From: an uncultured Hylemonella sp. | Lineage (GTDB): Bacteria > Pseudomonadota > Gammaproteobacteria > Burkholderiales > Burkholderiaceae_C | Length of the DNA: 64,000 nucleotides | Direction of reading: 5' to 3' | Assembly (NCBI GenBank): GCA_963513295.1 | Contig: CAUPQO010000001.1 | Location: 4,367-68,366, forward strand | Shown: piece by piece, positions 1 to 10,104 of the stretch | Layout: the number at the start of each line of letters is the position of its first letter | How positions within the stretch are numbered: position 1 is the stretch's first letter | Notes under the pieces: model-generated | Databases searched by the model: none | Told to the model about the DNA's origin: nothing | What the model saw: the letters and a program-made list of their open reading frames with translations, nothing else | Translations under genes and position numbers: made by a program

Positions 1-1
1 G

Positions 2-166
2 GCCCTCATCACCCCCGAAGTTGCCGCGCGCGAGATGCTGGCCGGCTGGGCCCGCGGTGACTTCGAGCTGCATTTCCCCAAACGCTTCACACGCTGGCTC
101 AAGTTCATGCGCCTGCTGCCCTACCGTCTCTACTTCCCTCTCATCAGAAAATTCACCGGAGCCTGA
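2..166 (+). CDS. C-terminal fragment of an SDR-family oxidoreductase (runs off window start)
   Basis: Frame 2 reads ALITPEVAAREMLAGWARGDFELHFPKRFTRWLKFMRLLPYRLYF..., typical SDR C-terminus; TGA at 164-166. Confidence 0.7.
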   Translation, partial: ALITPEVAAREMLAGWARGDFELHFPKRFTRWLKFMRLLPYRLYFPLIRKFTGA

Positions 167-170
167 TCCC

Positions 171-599
171 GTGTCCCATGCCGTCGAGAAAATCGCTGTC
201 TTCTTCGAAACACTGACGCCCCAGAGCATCGAGCGTTTCAGCCAGTTCTATACCGAAGACGCCTACTTCAAGGACCCGTTCAACGAAGTGCGGGGTGTGC
301 CGGCCATCCAACGCATCTTCCAGCACATGTACCAGACGCTGGATGAGCCGCATTTTGTCGTCACCACCCGAGTGGTCGAGGGCGAGCAGGTCTTCCTGAG
401 CTGGGACTTCCATTTCCGCTTCCGCAACTTCAAGAGCAGCGAACTGCAGACCATCCGCGGGGCCACGCACCTGAGGCTGGCCCACGACGGGCGCATCCGT
501 TCGCACCGCGACTACTGGGACGCGGCCGAAGAGCTCTACGAGAAGCTGCCGCTGGTGGGTGCACTCATGCGCTGGCTCAAGCGCCGCGCGAACAGCTGA
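171..599 (+). CDS. SnoaL-like / NTF2-family protein
   Basis: GTG start 4 nt after upstream stop; motifs YTEDAYFKDPFNEVRG and HRDYWDAAEELYEKLP. Confidence 0.85.
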   Translation: MSHAVEKIAVFFETLTPQSIERFSQFYTEDAYFKDPFNEVRGVPAIQRIFQHMYQTLDEPHFVVTTRVVEGEQVFLSWDFHFRFRNFKSSELQTIRGATHLRLAHDGRIRSHRDYWDAAEELYEKLPLVGALMRWLKRRANS

Positions 600-600
600 C

Positions 601-1473
601 TCAGAGGAACAGCGCCTCGAAGCCGGCCTCCGGCACGAAACGTTTTCCCTGGTAGCGCAGCCGCGTGGGGCCGGGCAGGGCGCGCGCGCCGACCGTGTGG
701 CGTGGGTCGCCAGGGTAGCAGAGTACGCGTACCCCGTTCTCGTCGTCGTAGGGCTCGGGCTGTACCAGGGCGGGTGTCTTGCCCCGTGCCTCGGCCAGTA
801 CGCCGGCCACGCTGGCGTGCCGCGCCAGGTGCGCCAGGCTCATGATCTGCGGTGGTGCCAGGTCGATGATGCTGTCGCGGTACTGTTCCAGCGCAGCGCG
901 TGGTGCCACCCAGAGGCTCTCGGTGGCTTCATGGTTGTCATGGCTTGCCGTCTGCACCGCCGGCACGGCAGCGACAAAAAAGCGCGTGTCGAAACGTTTG
1001 CTGCTGACCGAGGCCATCCTGGGCGTGACCCAGCGTGACCAGGGCAGCACGCTGCGGGTATCGAGCTTCAGGCCCATGCGTGTGAGCACCTCGGCAAAAC
1101 CATGGCCCTCACGTAGCAGGGTGGTGGCCTGGGCCACTTGTTGCGCACTGGCACCGTGCGCGTACAGTACGCCCGATTCCTCGAAAGCCTCGCGCAGTGC
1201 CGCCACGTAGCAACTGGCGGCCAGCTCGGCCGCCGTTTCAGGTTCGCCCAGTGCGCCGTGCAGGGTGGCCAAAGGCTGGTCCAGCTGTGGAATGAGTGCG
1301 GCGTCTTCGGCGTCGATCTTGCCGCCGGGAAACACATAGGCCCCGCCCAGCACATCGGAGGCGCTGTGGCGCTTGAGCAGGAATACCTCCAGCCCGGTGG
1401 GCGCATCGCGCAGCATGACCACGGTGGCTGCGTCGCGCGGCGGGGTTTCAATGAGGGTGCGGTTCAGTTCCAT
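601..1473 (-). CDS. NUDIX hydrolase
   Basis: PRDAATVVMLRD, YVFPGGK, ALREAFEESG Nudix box, RFDTRFFVA; start trimmed to ATG at 1473. Confidence 0.9.
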   Translation of the reverse strand: MELNRTLIETPPRDAATVVMLRDAPTGLEVFLLKRHSASDVLGGAYVFPGGKIDAEDAALIPQLDQPLATLHGALGEPETAAELAASCYVAALREAFEESGVLYAHGASAQQVAQATTLLREGHGFAEVLTRMGLKLDTRSVLPWSRWVTPRMASVSSKRFDTRFFVAAVPAVQTASHDNHEATESLWVAPRAALEQYRDSIIDLAPPQIMSLAHLARHASVAGVLAEARGKTPALVQPEPYDDENGVRVLCYPGDPRHTVGARALPGPTRLRYQGKRFVPEAGFEALFL

Positions 1474-1545
1474 CGTGTCGGGTGGGAGACGGGGTGGGTC
1501 ATGTTCGTCCGATAAGATTTGAACATACGTAACCAAGGAGACAGC

Positions 1546-2457
1546 ATGATCGACTTCAAGGGCCGTGTGGCCATCGTGACCGGGGCCGGTGGCGGACTGG
1601 GCCGCCAGCATGCGCTGGCTTTGGCCCGGCGCGGCGCCAAGGTGGTGGTGAACGACCTGGGCGGCGCACGCGACGGCTCGGGCGGTTCGGCCAGCGCTGC
1701 GCAGCAGGTGGTGGACGAGATCCGTGCCGCGGGAGGGGAGGCCATCGCGAACGCCGCGTCCGTCACCGACTTTGATGCCGTGCAGGCCATGGTGCAGCAG
1801 ACGATGGATAGCTGGGGCCGCGTGGACATCCTGGTCAACAATGCCGGCATCCTGCGCGACAAGACCTTCGCCAAGATGGAGCTGGCCGACTTCCGCCTGG
1901 TGCTGGACGTGCATCTCATGGGCGCCGTGCATTGCTGCAAGGCCGTCTGGCCCCATATGACGGCGCAGAAATACGGCCGCATCGTGATGACCACCTCGTC
2001 CAGCGGTCTCTACGGCAACTTCGGCCAGTCCAACTACGGCGCGGCCAAGCTGGCCTTGGTGGGCCTGATGCAGACGCTGTCCCTGGAAGGCGCGAAGAAC
2101 GACATCCGCGTCAACTGCCTGGCGCCGACCGCAGCCACGCGCATGACCGAAGACCTGATGCCGGCCGAAGTGCTGCGTGCCCTGCAGCCCGAGGCCGTGG
2201 TGCCCGCCATGCTGGTGCTGGCCAGCGCCGATGCGCCCACGCGCACCACGCTGTGCGCCGGCGCGGGTAGTGTCGAGGCCGCTCACATCACCATGACGCA
2301 GGGTGTATGGATCGGCATCGACGAGAGCGCCGACGTGCGCCTGCAGCAGCACCTGGCCGAAGTGCTGGACCGCACCAACGAGATGGTGCCCGGCAGCGGC
2401 GGCGCGCAGGGCACGCACGAGGTGGGGCGGGCGATGGCGATGCTGGGCCAGGGCTGA
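1546..2457 (+). CDS. SDR oxidoreductase (3-hydroxyacyl-CoA dehydrogenase/MFE-2-like)
   Basis: TGAGGGLG, VVVNDLGG, NNAGILRD, YGAAK; AAGGAG SD before ATG 1546. Confidence 0.9.
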   Translation: MIDFKGRVAIVTGAGGGLGRQHALALARRGAKVVVNDLGGARDGSGGSASAAQQVVDEIRAAGGEAIANAASVTDFDAVQAMVQQTMDSWGRVDILVNNAGILRDKTFAKMELADFRLVLDVHLMGAVHCCKAVWPHMTAQKYGRIVMTTSSSGLYGNFGQSNYGAAKLALVGLMQTLSLEGAKNDIRVNCLAPTAATRMTEDLMPAEVLRALQPEAVVPAMLVLASADAPTRTTLCAGAGSVEAAHITMTQGVWIGIDESADVRLQQHLAEVLDRTNEMVPGSGGAQGTHEVGRAMAMLGQG

Positions 2458-2466
2458 GTGCGTTTT

Positions 2467-2760
2467 TCAGCGCAGCCAGTCGTTGCCCTGCAAGGAAACC
2501 AGCAGCACGAAGACAGCCATATGGATCAGGACGGTGAGCCAGAACAAGGCGAGGAATCGGGTCTTGCTGGATTTGTGGCGCAAGTGTTGTTGGGCCAGCA
2601 GCGCACCGGGCCAGCCGCCCAGCAAGGCGAAGATGTGCAGCATGCGTTCCGGCACGCGGCGCCGGCCTCCCCGTGCCGCCGCCTTGTCCGCGGCGTAGAC
2701 GGCATAGGTGATGAGGCTCATGAGCCCATAAGCCAGGCCGGCGAGAAGGACGAGTTTCAT
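2467..2760 (-). CDS. DUF1294-family membrane protein
   Basis: YAADKAAA..RRVPE..LH..ALLGGWPGALLAQ..LRHKSSK signature. Confidence 0.85.
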   Translation of the reverse strand: MKLVLLAGLAYGLMSLITYAVYAADKAAARGGRRRVPERMLHIFALLGGWPGALLAQQHLRHKSSKTRFLALFWLTVLIHMAVFVLLVSLQGNDWLR

Positions 2761-2770
2761 GGGGGCACGC

Positions 2771-2998
2771 TCAGGCCGGCAACCGAAGCTCGGCTTCCTG
2801 TCGCCAGTACTCAGCCGCCGCATAAAAACCCTCCCACACGCAGCCGTTGCAGCCGCGCCCGCAACAGGCGGTGGGCAGAGGCGGCGGAGGGCGCAGGCTC
2901 AGGCCGGCGGCTGATGCGCGCTGCTGCAGCACGGCAAACATGGCCTGGGTGCTGGTCAGCGGGCCTTGGGTGATGGGTGTGCTCAGGCAGTCGCTCAT
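2771..2998 (-). CDS. Small oxidoreductase-like domain protein (PPxPxxCCGxGCxxCVW)
   Basis: PPPLPTACCGRGCNGCVWEGFY motif. Confidence 0.75.
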   Translation of the reverse strand: MSDCLSTPITQGPLTSTQAMFAVLQQRASAAGLSLRPPPPLPTACCGRGCNGCVWEGFYAAAEYWRQEAELRLPA

Positions 2999-3099
2999 GC
3001 AGGGGGTGCGCGCGTCACTTGACCCCGCGCAGCAGGGTTTATCCCCTCATGGTACCTTCCGTGTCCGATTACAAAGAGAACAGTCCGCTGGATTCCCGC

Positions 3100-4656
3100 A
3101 TGAGCAACCCGTCCACCCCTCCTTCCCTGACCGCGGAGCGCCTGCTGGGTATCCGTCGCGGCATCGAGAAGGAAAGCCTGCGCGCGTTGCCTGACGGGAT
3201 GCTGGCGCTCACGCCGCATCCGGCGGCGCTGGGCTCGGCGCTCACGCATACGCACATCACTACCGACTACTCCGAGTCCCAGCTGGAGCTCATCACCGGC
3301 GTGCATGCCGGGGTGCAGGCCTGCCTGGACGAACTCACCGAAACCCACCAGTACACCTACCGCACGTTGCGCGAGGCTGGCGAGGAGATGCTCTGGGTTT
3401 CCAGCATGCCCTGCGGGCTGCCCACCGACGAGACCATTCCGCTGGGTCGTTACGGTTCGTCCAACATCGGGCGCGCCAAGAGCGTCTACCGCATGGGCCT
3501 GGGCCACCGCTACGGCCGGCGCATGCAGACCATCTCGGGCATCCACTACAACTGGTCGCTGCCCGGTGTCAGCAACGCGCAGTACTTCGCGCTGATCCGC
3601 AACTTCCGCCGCCACGCCTTCCTGCTGCTGTATCTCTTCGGCGCCTCGCCGGCGGTGTGCTCCACTTTTGTCGAGGGCCGGCAGCACGAGCTGCAGTCGC
3701 TGGACGGCAAGGCGCTGTACATGCCGCACGGCACCTCGCTGCGCATGGGGCGCCTGGGTTACCAGAGCGACGCGCAGGCCTCGCTGGCGGTCAGCTACAA
3801 CAGCCTGGAAGGCTACGCTGCTTCGCTGCACGACGCGCTCACACGGCCCTGGCCGGCCTACGAGGCCCTGGGCGTCTTGAACCCCGGGGGCGACTACATC
3901 CAGCTCGCCACCAGCCTTCTGCAGATCGAGAACGAGTTCTACGGCACCATCCGCCCCAAGCGCACCATCTTCCAGGGCGAGCGCCCGCTGCACGCGCTGC
4001 GCGAACGCGGCGTGGAGTACGTGGAGGTGCGCCTCATGGACCTGGACCCCTTCGAGCCCGTGGGCATCAATGCGCAGACCATGCGTTTCCTCGACGTCTT
4101 CCTGCTGCACTGCCTGCAGAGCGAGAGTCCGAACGACACGCCGCAGGAGATCGCCGAGCTGGCGCGCAACCAGCACCTTACCGCTGCGCGCGGGCGCGAG
4201 CCGGGCCTGCAACTGCTGCGCGGCGGCCAGGCGGTCACGCTGAAAGACTGGGGCGGCGAACTGGTGCAGGCCTGCGAGCCCATCGCGCGTGCGCTGGATG
4301 CTGCGCATGGGTGCAGCGACTACAGCGCGGCCCTGGCCTCGGCCCGTGCCGGCCTGGACGATCCTTCGACCCTGCCTTCGGCGCGTGTGCTGGCCGAGAT
4401 GGCCAGCGGGCACGACAATTCTTTCCTGCGTTTCGTGCGCGCCCGCTCGCAGCAGACGCGCCAGGATCTGCTGGCCCGGCCGTGGGCCCCGCAGCAGCAG
4501 GTGAAATACGAGGCGATGGCACGCAAGTCGCTCGAAGACCAGCGCGCCATCGAGGCGGCTGACACCATGCCCTTCGAGATCTTCCGCCAGCAGTACGTCT
4601 CGCCGGCTCGGCTTGGATTACCCGCCCGCGCGGCGGCGCAGGTAGTAGCGGCCTAA
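3100..4656 (+). CDS. gshA: Glutamate--cysteine ligase
   Basis: RGIEKESLR, ITTDYSESQLELIT, MQTISGIHYN, LQIENEFYG, RGVEYVEVR; start could instead be 3049. Confidence 0.95.
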   Translation: MSNPSTPPSLTAERLLGIRRGIEKESLRALPDGMLALTPHPAALGSALTHTHITTDYSESQLELITGVHAGVQACLDELTETHQYTYRTLREAGEEMLWVSSMPCGLPTDETIPLGRYGSSNIGRAKSVYRMGLGHRYGRRMQTISGIHYNWSLPGVSNAQYFALIRNFRRHAFLLLYLFGASPAVCSTFVEGRQHELQSLDGKALYMPHGTSLRMGRLGYQSDAQASLAVSYNSLEGYAASLHDALTRPWPAYEALGVLNPGGDYIQLATSLLQIENEFYGTIRPKRTIFQGERPLHALRERGVEYVEVRLMDLDPFEPVGINAQTMRFLDVFLLHCLQSESPNDTPQEIAELARNQHLTAARGREPGLQLLRGGQAVTLKDWGGELVQACEPIARALDAAHGCSDYSAALASARAGLDDPSTLPSARVLAEMASGHDNSFLRFVRARSQQTRQDLLARPWAPQQQVKYEAMARKSLEDQRAIEAADTMPFEIFRQQYVSPARLGLPARAAAQVVAA

Positions 4657-4851
4657 CAAAGCCAGGCCCAGCACCAGCGAGAACCAGCCCACCACGCGTC
4701 CTCCGGTCAGCAGTTCCTGGACGGACGGGGAACGCGCGAAGTGCGGCCCCAGCAGGATCGCCACGCCGATCAGCGCGATGACGATGCCCTTGAACAGCAG
4801 TTCCTGGTCGGCCTTGCGGCGCTCGGTTTCCTGTCGGACGGGATTTGTCAT
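4618..4851 (-). CDS. Small two-TM hypothetical membrane protein
   Basis: 77 aa with two hydrophobic segments; GATAAT 6 nt upstream of ATG; 3' end overlaps gshA by 39 nt. Confidence 0.6.
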   Translation of the reverse strand: MTNPVRQETERRKADQELLFKGIVIALIGVAILLGPHFARSPSVQELLTGGRVVGWFSLVLGLALLGRYYLRRRAGG

Positions 4852-4932
4852 GCGGTGATTATCGGTGCCAGGTCCCGGCCTGGCGAGTGCTGTGGTGTTG
4901 CCTGTGCGTCCGGACAGTGCGGGGCCCGCAAC

Positions 4933-4960
4933 GCAAAGGGCACCCGAAGGTGCCCTTTGC
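4933..4960 (-). terminator. Hairpin after rne (perfect 12-bp stem, cUUCGg loop on minus strand)
   Basis: GCAAAGGGCACC-CGAA-GGTGCCCTTTGC; weak U-tract. Confidence 0.6.
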
Positions 4961-4979
4961 AGTGCCAGCGCCGAGAAAA

Positions 4980-7883
4980 TCAGTTCTGGGCAGAACCCTG
5001 CTCGAAGGGCAGGGTCATGTCGCGCAGGTCCTTGCGCGTCTCGACCAGGATCAGCGGACCCTCGTCGATCACCACCGGCGCCGGCCGCTCGCGCGGCACA
5101 TGCACCGGCTTGGGTTCGGCGGCGATGGCAGCCTGGACGACGGCGATCTTCCCGGCATCGGAGTTGACCCATTGCAGGCCCGCCGTGCTGGCGATCTGGT
5201 CCAGGTCGGACAGGGGCAGGGTGTAGGCTTGCACGTGCGGCAGCGCACGCCCGGTCGCCGCGGCAGCAGGTGCAACGGCCTTGGCGGGGGCTGCTGCAGG
5301 CGTGTGCGGCGCACGGATGTCGGCCAGCGCTGCGGCCGGCACGCTCTCGGGGCTCACGAGCGCATCGGCTGCGACGGCTTCCTGTGCCGGGCGCTCCTGG
5401 CGTTCACCACGCTCGCCACGTTGGCGGTCACGGCCGTAACGGTCACGCGAGCGGCGCTCACGCTGGCCGTTGCTGCCGGCATCGCCTTCGGGGCGTACGT
5501 CGTACATGGGCTGGGTGTCGGCTTCGCCCTGGGCTTCAGGCGCCAGTTGCTGCTCCGCAGCGGCAGGCACCGGCTGGCGCAGGTCCTCGACGGGCCGACG
5601 CTCGCCTTCGGGGCGCGGGCCACGCTCAGTGCGCTCGCCGCGTTCCTGGCGTTCACCACGCTCGCCATTGCGGCCACGCTGTTCGTTGCTGCGCGGGGCG
5701 CGTTCCTGGCGCTGCTGCTGCTCACCACCTGCCTCTGCCGTCTGGGGTGCACGTTGCTCGGCTTCACCGCGCTGACCTTGACGGTCGCCACGATCGCCAC
5801 GGTTGCCACGTTCCTGGCGCTCGCCACGTGGTTGGTCACCGCGCTCGCCGCGACCACGCTGCTCGCCGTTGCGCGGGGCACGCTCTTGGCGCGGCTGCTG
5901 TTCAACGCCGGCCTCTGTGGTCTGCGGTGTGCGCTGCTCGGCCTCGCCGCGCTGGCCCGGGCGTTCGCCACGGTTGCCGCGCTGTTCGCTGCGATCGCCA
6001 CGTTCCTGGCGCTCACCGCGCTCGCCCCGACCACCGCGGCCACCACGGCCCCGGCCTTCACCGCGACCTTCGCTGCGGCTGCCGTCACGGCCGCCACGGC
6101 CTTCGCGTTTCTCTTCCTTCTTCTCGGCGGTCTTGGCCGGCTCGGCGGCCGGCTTGCTGCCGAACAGGCCCTTGAGCCAGCCGACGAAGCCTGTGCTGGC
6201 CGGTTGCTCGGCCTTGCGCGCCACAGGCTTGGCAGCGGGCTGCGGCTCGGCCGCCGGCTTCGGTGCCACGATCGGGGCCGGTGCATCGGGCAGCACGCCC
6301 TTGATGAGCGGGGTCTGCTTGTTGGTCGGTTCCTGCGAGCGACGCGTGACGGCGGTGGGATCTTCGATCTCCTCGACCATCTGGTAGCTGGCTTCGATGT
6401 GGTCCAGGCGCGGATCGTCGTGCTTGAGGCGCTCGAGCTTGTAGTTCGGCGTTTCCAGCGACTTGTTGGGCACCATCAGCACGTTCAGGCGCTGCTTGAG
6501 TTCGATCTTGGTGATCTCGTTGCGTTTCTCGTTGAGCAGGAAGGAGGCCACGTCCACCGGCACCTGCACGTGCACGGCGGCGGTGTTGTCCTTCTGGGCC
6601 TCTTCCTGGATGATGCGCAGGATCTGCAGGGCCGAGCTCTCGGTGTCGCGGATATGGCCGGAGCCGCCGCAACGCGGGCAGGGGATGGAGGCGCCTTCGG
6701 ACAAGGCCGGGCGCAGGCGCTGGCGGCTCATCTCCATCAGGCCGAACTTGCTGATGGTGCCGAACTGCACGCGGGCGCGGTCCTGGCGCAGGGCGTCGCG
6801 CAGGCGGTTTTCCACCTCGCGGCGGTTCTTCGACTCTTCCATGTCGATGAAGTCGATCACGATCAGGCCGCCGAGGTCGCGCAGGCGCATCTGGCGCGCC
6901 ACTTCGTCGGCGGCTTCCAGGTTGGTGCGGGTCGCGGTTTCCTCGATGTCTCTGCCCTTGATGGCGCGCGCCGAGTTCACGTCCACCGAGACCAGCGCTT
7001 CGGTGTGGTCGATCACGATGGCGCCGCCCGAAGGCAGGTTGACCGTGCGGGCGTAGGCCGACTCGATCTGGTGTTCGATCTGGAAGCGGCTGAACAGCGG
7101 CGCGTTGTCGCGGTAGCGCTTCACGCGGGCGGCATGCTCGGGCATGACGTGCGCCATGAACTGCTGGGCCTGCTCGTACACGTCGTCGGTGTCGATCAGG
7201 ATGTCGCCGATATCGTTGTTGAAGTAGTCGCGGATGGCGCGGATCACCAGGCTCGATTCCTGGTAGATCAGGTAGGCGCCCTTGCCGCCCTTGGCGGCGC
7301 CGTCGATGGCGGTCCACAGCTTGAGCAGGTAGTTCAGGTCCCACTGCAGTTCGGGCGCGGCGCGGCCGATGCCGGCGGTGCGCGCGATGATGGACATGCC
7401 GTTGGGGTACTCGAGCTGGTCGAGCGCTTCCTTCAGGTCGGCCCGGTCGTCACCCTCGATGCGGCGGCTCACGCCACCACCACGCGGGTTGTTGGGCATC
7501 AGCACGACGTATCGGCCGGCCAGCGAGACGAAGGTGGTCAGGGCGGCGCCCTTGTTGCCGCGTTCTTCCTTTTCCACCTGGACCAGCAGTTCCTGGCCTT
7601 CCTTGATGGCGTCCTGGATGCGGGCCTGGCTGACCGAGACACCCTGCTGGAAGTAGTTGCGGGAGATTTCCTTGAAGGGCAGGAAACCGTGGCGGTCTTC
7701 GCCGTAGTCGACGAAGCAGGCTTCCAGCGAGGGCTCGACGCGCGTGACGACGGCCTTGTAGATATTGCCCTTGCGCTGTTCGCGCCCTTCGACCTCGATT
7801 TCGTAGTCGAGGAGCTTTTGCCCGTCGACGATGGCCAGGCGGCGTTCTTCGGCCTGCGTGGCGTTGATCAGCATCCGTTTCAT
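4980..7883 (-). CDS. rne: Ribonuclease E
   Basis: [22 protein letters not shown]1 domain, [17 protein letters not shown] zinc link, long R/G/E/Q-rich disordered C-terminal half. Confidence 0.97.
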   Translation of the reverse strand: MKRMLINATQAEERRLAIVDGQKLLDYEIEVEGREQRKGNIYKAVVTRVEPSLEACFVDYGEDRHGFLPFKEISRNYFQQGVSVSQARIQDAIKEGQELLVQVEKEERGNKGAALTTFVSLAGRYVVLMPNNPRGGGVSRRIEGDDRADLKEALDQLEYPNGMSIIARTAGIGRAAPELQWDLNYLLKLWTAIDGAAKGGKGAYLIYQESSLVIRAIRDYFNNDIGDILIDTDDVYEQAQQFMAHVMPEHAARVKRYRDNAPLFSRFQIEHQIESAYARTVNLPSGGAIVIDHTEALVSVDVNSARAIKGRDIEETATRTNLEAADEVARQMRLRDLGGLIVIDFIDMEESKNRREVENRLRDALRQDRARVQFGTISKFGLMEMSRQRLRPALSEGASIPCPRCGGSGHIRDTESSALQILRIIQEEAQKDNTAAVHVQVPVDVASFLLNEKRNEITKIELKQRLNVLMVPNKSLETPNYKLERLKHDDPRLDHIEASYQMVEEIEDPTAVTRRSQEPTNKQTPLIKGVLPDAPAPIVAPKPAAEPQPAAKPVARKAEQPASTGFVGWLKGLFGSKPAAEPAKTAEKKEEKREGRGGRDGSRSEGRGEGRGRGGRGGRGERGERQERGDRSEQRGNRGERPGQRGEAEQRTPQTTEAGVEQQPRQERAPRNGEQRGRGERGDQPRGERQERGNRGDRGDRQGQRGEAEQRAPQTAEAGGEQQQRQERAPRSNEQRGRNGERGERQERGERTERGPRPEGERRPVEDLRQPVPAAAEQQLAPEAQGEADTQPMYDVRPEGDAGSNGQRERRSRDRYGRDRQRGERGERQERPAQEAVAADALVSPESVPAAALADIRAPHTPAAAPAKAVAPAAAATGRALPHVQAYTLPLSDLDQIASTAGLQWVNSDAGKIAVVQAAIAAEPKPVHVPRERPAPVVIDEGPLILVETRKDLRDMTLPFEQGSAQN
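5640..6010 (-). repeat. Imperfect in-frame duplication (~180 nt / 60 aa period) in the RNase E C-terminal region
   Basis: [33 protein letters not shown] vs [33 protein letters not shown]; matching DNA at 5941 and 5761. Confidence 0.8.
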
Positions 7884-8340
7884 GGGATGTTTTCCTTTAC
7901 ATCAGTACACATGCCCTGTGCGGGCGCACGATGCCGGAACAGACGCTTCGAAACGGATGGAATTGCCGGAGAACCGCGGACTCAGCTTGTGAGCCGCGGC
8001 ATAGGCGCGTGGATGGGGGCGAGGGGAGGTGAGTGTGGGGCCACCACCAACTTGGTGGCCCAGGCGGCCCGCACTGCGGGCGCTGACGGCTGATCCGTGC
8101 CATTGAGCAGCACGCGTACACGCTGCAGGCACATGAGTATCAGGCTCATCAACACAAACATTTCGCTTAGATCCGGCTGCCAGCTTGTGGCTGGCAGCAC
8201 TGGGTATTCCGTTCAGTGTTTCAAGGCGTCGGTTGCGCCTTCCACTGGGCAGGCCACGGCAAGCAGCTGGCTTGCGGTTTGCGTACCCGGTGGTCGGTGA
8301 CATCGACCTTCCAGCGAGGCCGGTGGTGTCATGTGGACTA
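7884..8340 (-). promoter_or_regulatory. Long structured rne 5' leader / rne-rluC divergent control region
   Basis: Many hairpins, e.g. 8038-8061 and 8176-8198; long rne leaders are established autoregulatory elements in enterobacteria. Confidence 0.55.
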
Positions 8341-8351
8341 AACTCCAGACA

Positions 8352-8364
8352 AATCAACCACTTA
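8352..8364 (+). promoter_or_regulatory. IHF-like site
   Basis: AATCAACCACTTA matches WATCAANNNNTTR. Confidence 0.45.
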
Positions 8365-8377
8365 CAGCGCGTCGCTA

Positions 8378-9427
8378 GTGAAACACATTATAGGGGGCAA
8401 ATCGGCCCCCGCCAGCCCTGAAGTGAAACAGGTCGAAGTCGACGAGGAATCGGCCGGCCAGCGCCTGGACAACTTTCTGCTGCGCCAGCTCAAGGGTGTA
8501 CCCAAGACCCACGTCTATCGCATCATCCGCAGTGGCGAAGTGAGGATTAACAAAGGCCGGGCCTCAGCAGATACGAGGGTCGAGGCCGGTGATGTGGTGC
8601 GGGTGCCGCCGGTGCGCCTGTCCGAGCGGGCCACTGAAAAGGCCGAGGCCATGGCGGGGCTGGTGGCCAAGGGGGCGCCGGCGCGTGAATTCCCGGTGCT
8701 GTTCGAGGACGATGCCGTGCTGGCCATCGACAAGCCGGCCGGCGTGGCGGTGCACGGCGGCTCGGGCGTGAGTTTTGGGGTGATCGAACAGTTGCGCATG
8801 GCCCGGCCGCAGGCCAAATTCCTGGAACTGGTGCACCGGCTGGACCGTGAGACCAGCGGCATCCTCTTGCTGGCCAAGAAGCGCAGTGCGCTCAAACACC
8901 TGCAGGACCAGTTCCGCGAGCGCGAGACCGGCAAGACCTACCTGGCCCTGGTGGCCGGGCAGTGGCCGCTGAACAAGAAGGTACTGGACAAGCCCTTGCA
9001 CAAATACCTGCTGGAAGACGGCGAGCGCCGGGTCAAGGTGGTGGCGCGCGACGACCCCGATGGCATGAAGTCCGTCACCCTGGTCAAGGTGCGCAGCCGC
9101 TCGGAGGGGAAGGTGGCCCCGGCCGCCGCGGGTTACAGCCTGCTGGAGGTGACCATCAAGACCGGCCGCACCCACCAGATCCGCGTGCACCTGGCTTCCG
9201 AAGGCCTGCCGATCGTGGGCGACGACAAGTACGGCGATTTCGAACTCAACAAGGCCTTGCAGAAACCCGCCGCCCCGCAGGGACGAGTGCCTCTGCGCCG
9301 CATGTTTCTGCATGCCTGGCGTTTACAGTTCAACCATCCGGCCAGCGACGAACGCATCGAGCTGCTGGCCCCCTTGCCGCCGGAGCTGGAACAGTTCCTG
9401 GCTCAGGCCATTCCCGACAAGACCTGA
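8378..9427 (+). CDS. rluC: 23S rRNA pseudouridine synthase RluC
   Basis: GQRLDNFL S4 domain, LVHRLDRETSG, TGRTHQIRVH; divergent from rne. Confidence 0.93.
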   Translation: MKHIIGGKSAPASPEVKQVEVDEESAGQRLDNFLLRQLKGVPKTHVYRIIRSGEVRINKGRASADTRVEAGDVVRVPPVRLSERATEKAEAMAGLVAKGAPAREFPVLFEDDAVLAIDKPAGVAVHGGSGVSFGVIEQLRMARPQAKFLELVHRLDRETSGILLLAKKRSALKHLQDQFRERETGKTYLALVAGQWPLNKKVLDKPLHKYLLEDGERRVKVVARDDPDGMKSVTLVKVRSRSEGKVAPAAAGYSLLEVTIKTGRTHQIRVHLASEGLPIVGDDKYGDFELNKALQKPAAPQGRVPLRRMFLHAWRLQFNHPASDERIELLAPLPPELEQFLAQAIPDKT

Positions 9428-9434
9428 AGATTTC

Positions 9435-10100
9435 ATGAGTTCCCGACCAAGACAGTACGACCTGATCGCCTTCGACTGGGACGGAACGCTGTTCGACTCC
9501 ACGGCCATCATCACGCGCTGCATCCAGAACGCGGTGCGTGACGTGGGCGGTACCGTGCCCGGCGACAAGGAGGCCGCCTATGTGATCGGCATGGGCCTGA
9601 TGCAGGCGCTGGCCCATGCCGCGCCCGATGTGCCGGCCGACAAATATCCCCTGCTGGGTGAGCGCTACCGTTTCCACTACATGGCGCACCAGAACGATCT
9701 GAGCCTGTTCACCGGCGTGCTGGAACTGCTGGCCGACCTGAAACAGCGGCACCACTGGCTTGCCGTGGCCACGGGCAAGAGCCGGCGCGGCCTGGACGAG
9801 GTGCTGCACACGGTGCAGCTCAAGGGTGTGTTCAACGGTTCGCGTACCGCCGATGAAACCGCCGGCAAGCCGCATCCGCGCATGTTGCAGGAGCTGATGC
9901 GCGAGTTCGGCGTGGAGCCCGAGCGCACGCTCATGATCGGCGACACCACACATGACCTGCAGATGGCGCTCAATGCCGGCTGCCCCAGCGTGGGGGTGAG
10001 TTATGGCGCCCACGAGCCCGAGGCCTTTCATGCCCTGCAGCCGCTGCATGTGGCGCATTCGGTGCGCGACCTGCACGACTGGTTACTGCACAACGCATAA
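9435..10100 (+). CDS. HAD-IA hydrolase (phosphoglycolate phosphatase-like)
   Basis: FDWDGTLFDS, ATGKS, KPHP, IGDTTHD. Confidence 0.9.
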   Translation: MSSRPRQYDLIAFDWDGTLFDSTAIITRCIQNAVRDVGGTVPGDKEAAYVIGMGLMQALAHAAPDVPADKYPLLGERYRFHYMAHQNDLSLFTGVLELLADLKQRHHWLAVATGKSRRGLDEVLHTVQLKGVFNGSRTADETAGKPHPRMLQELMREFGVEPERTLMIGDTTHDLQMALNAGCPSVGVSYGAHEPEAFHALQPLHVAHSVRDLHDWLLHNA

Positions 10101-10104
10101 GGTC

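Noticed and set aside
601-2418. 605-aa ORF suggesting a NUDIX fusion protein
   Set aside because: The N-terminal half is the antisense of the SDR gene; the real NUDIX start is near 1473
4845-8093. 1082-aa plus-strand ORF
   Set aside because: Antisense shadow of rne caused by GC-rich codon bias; no recognisable motifs
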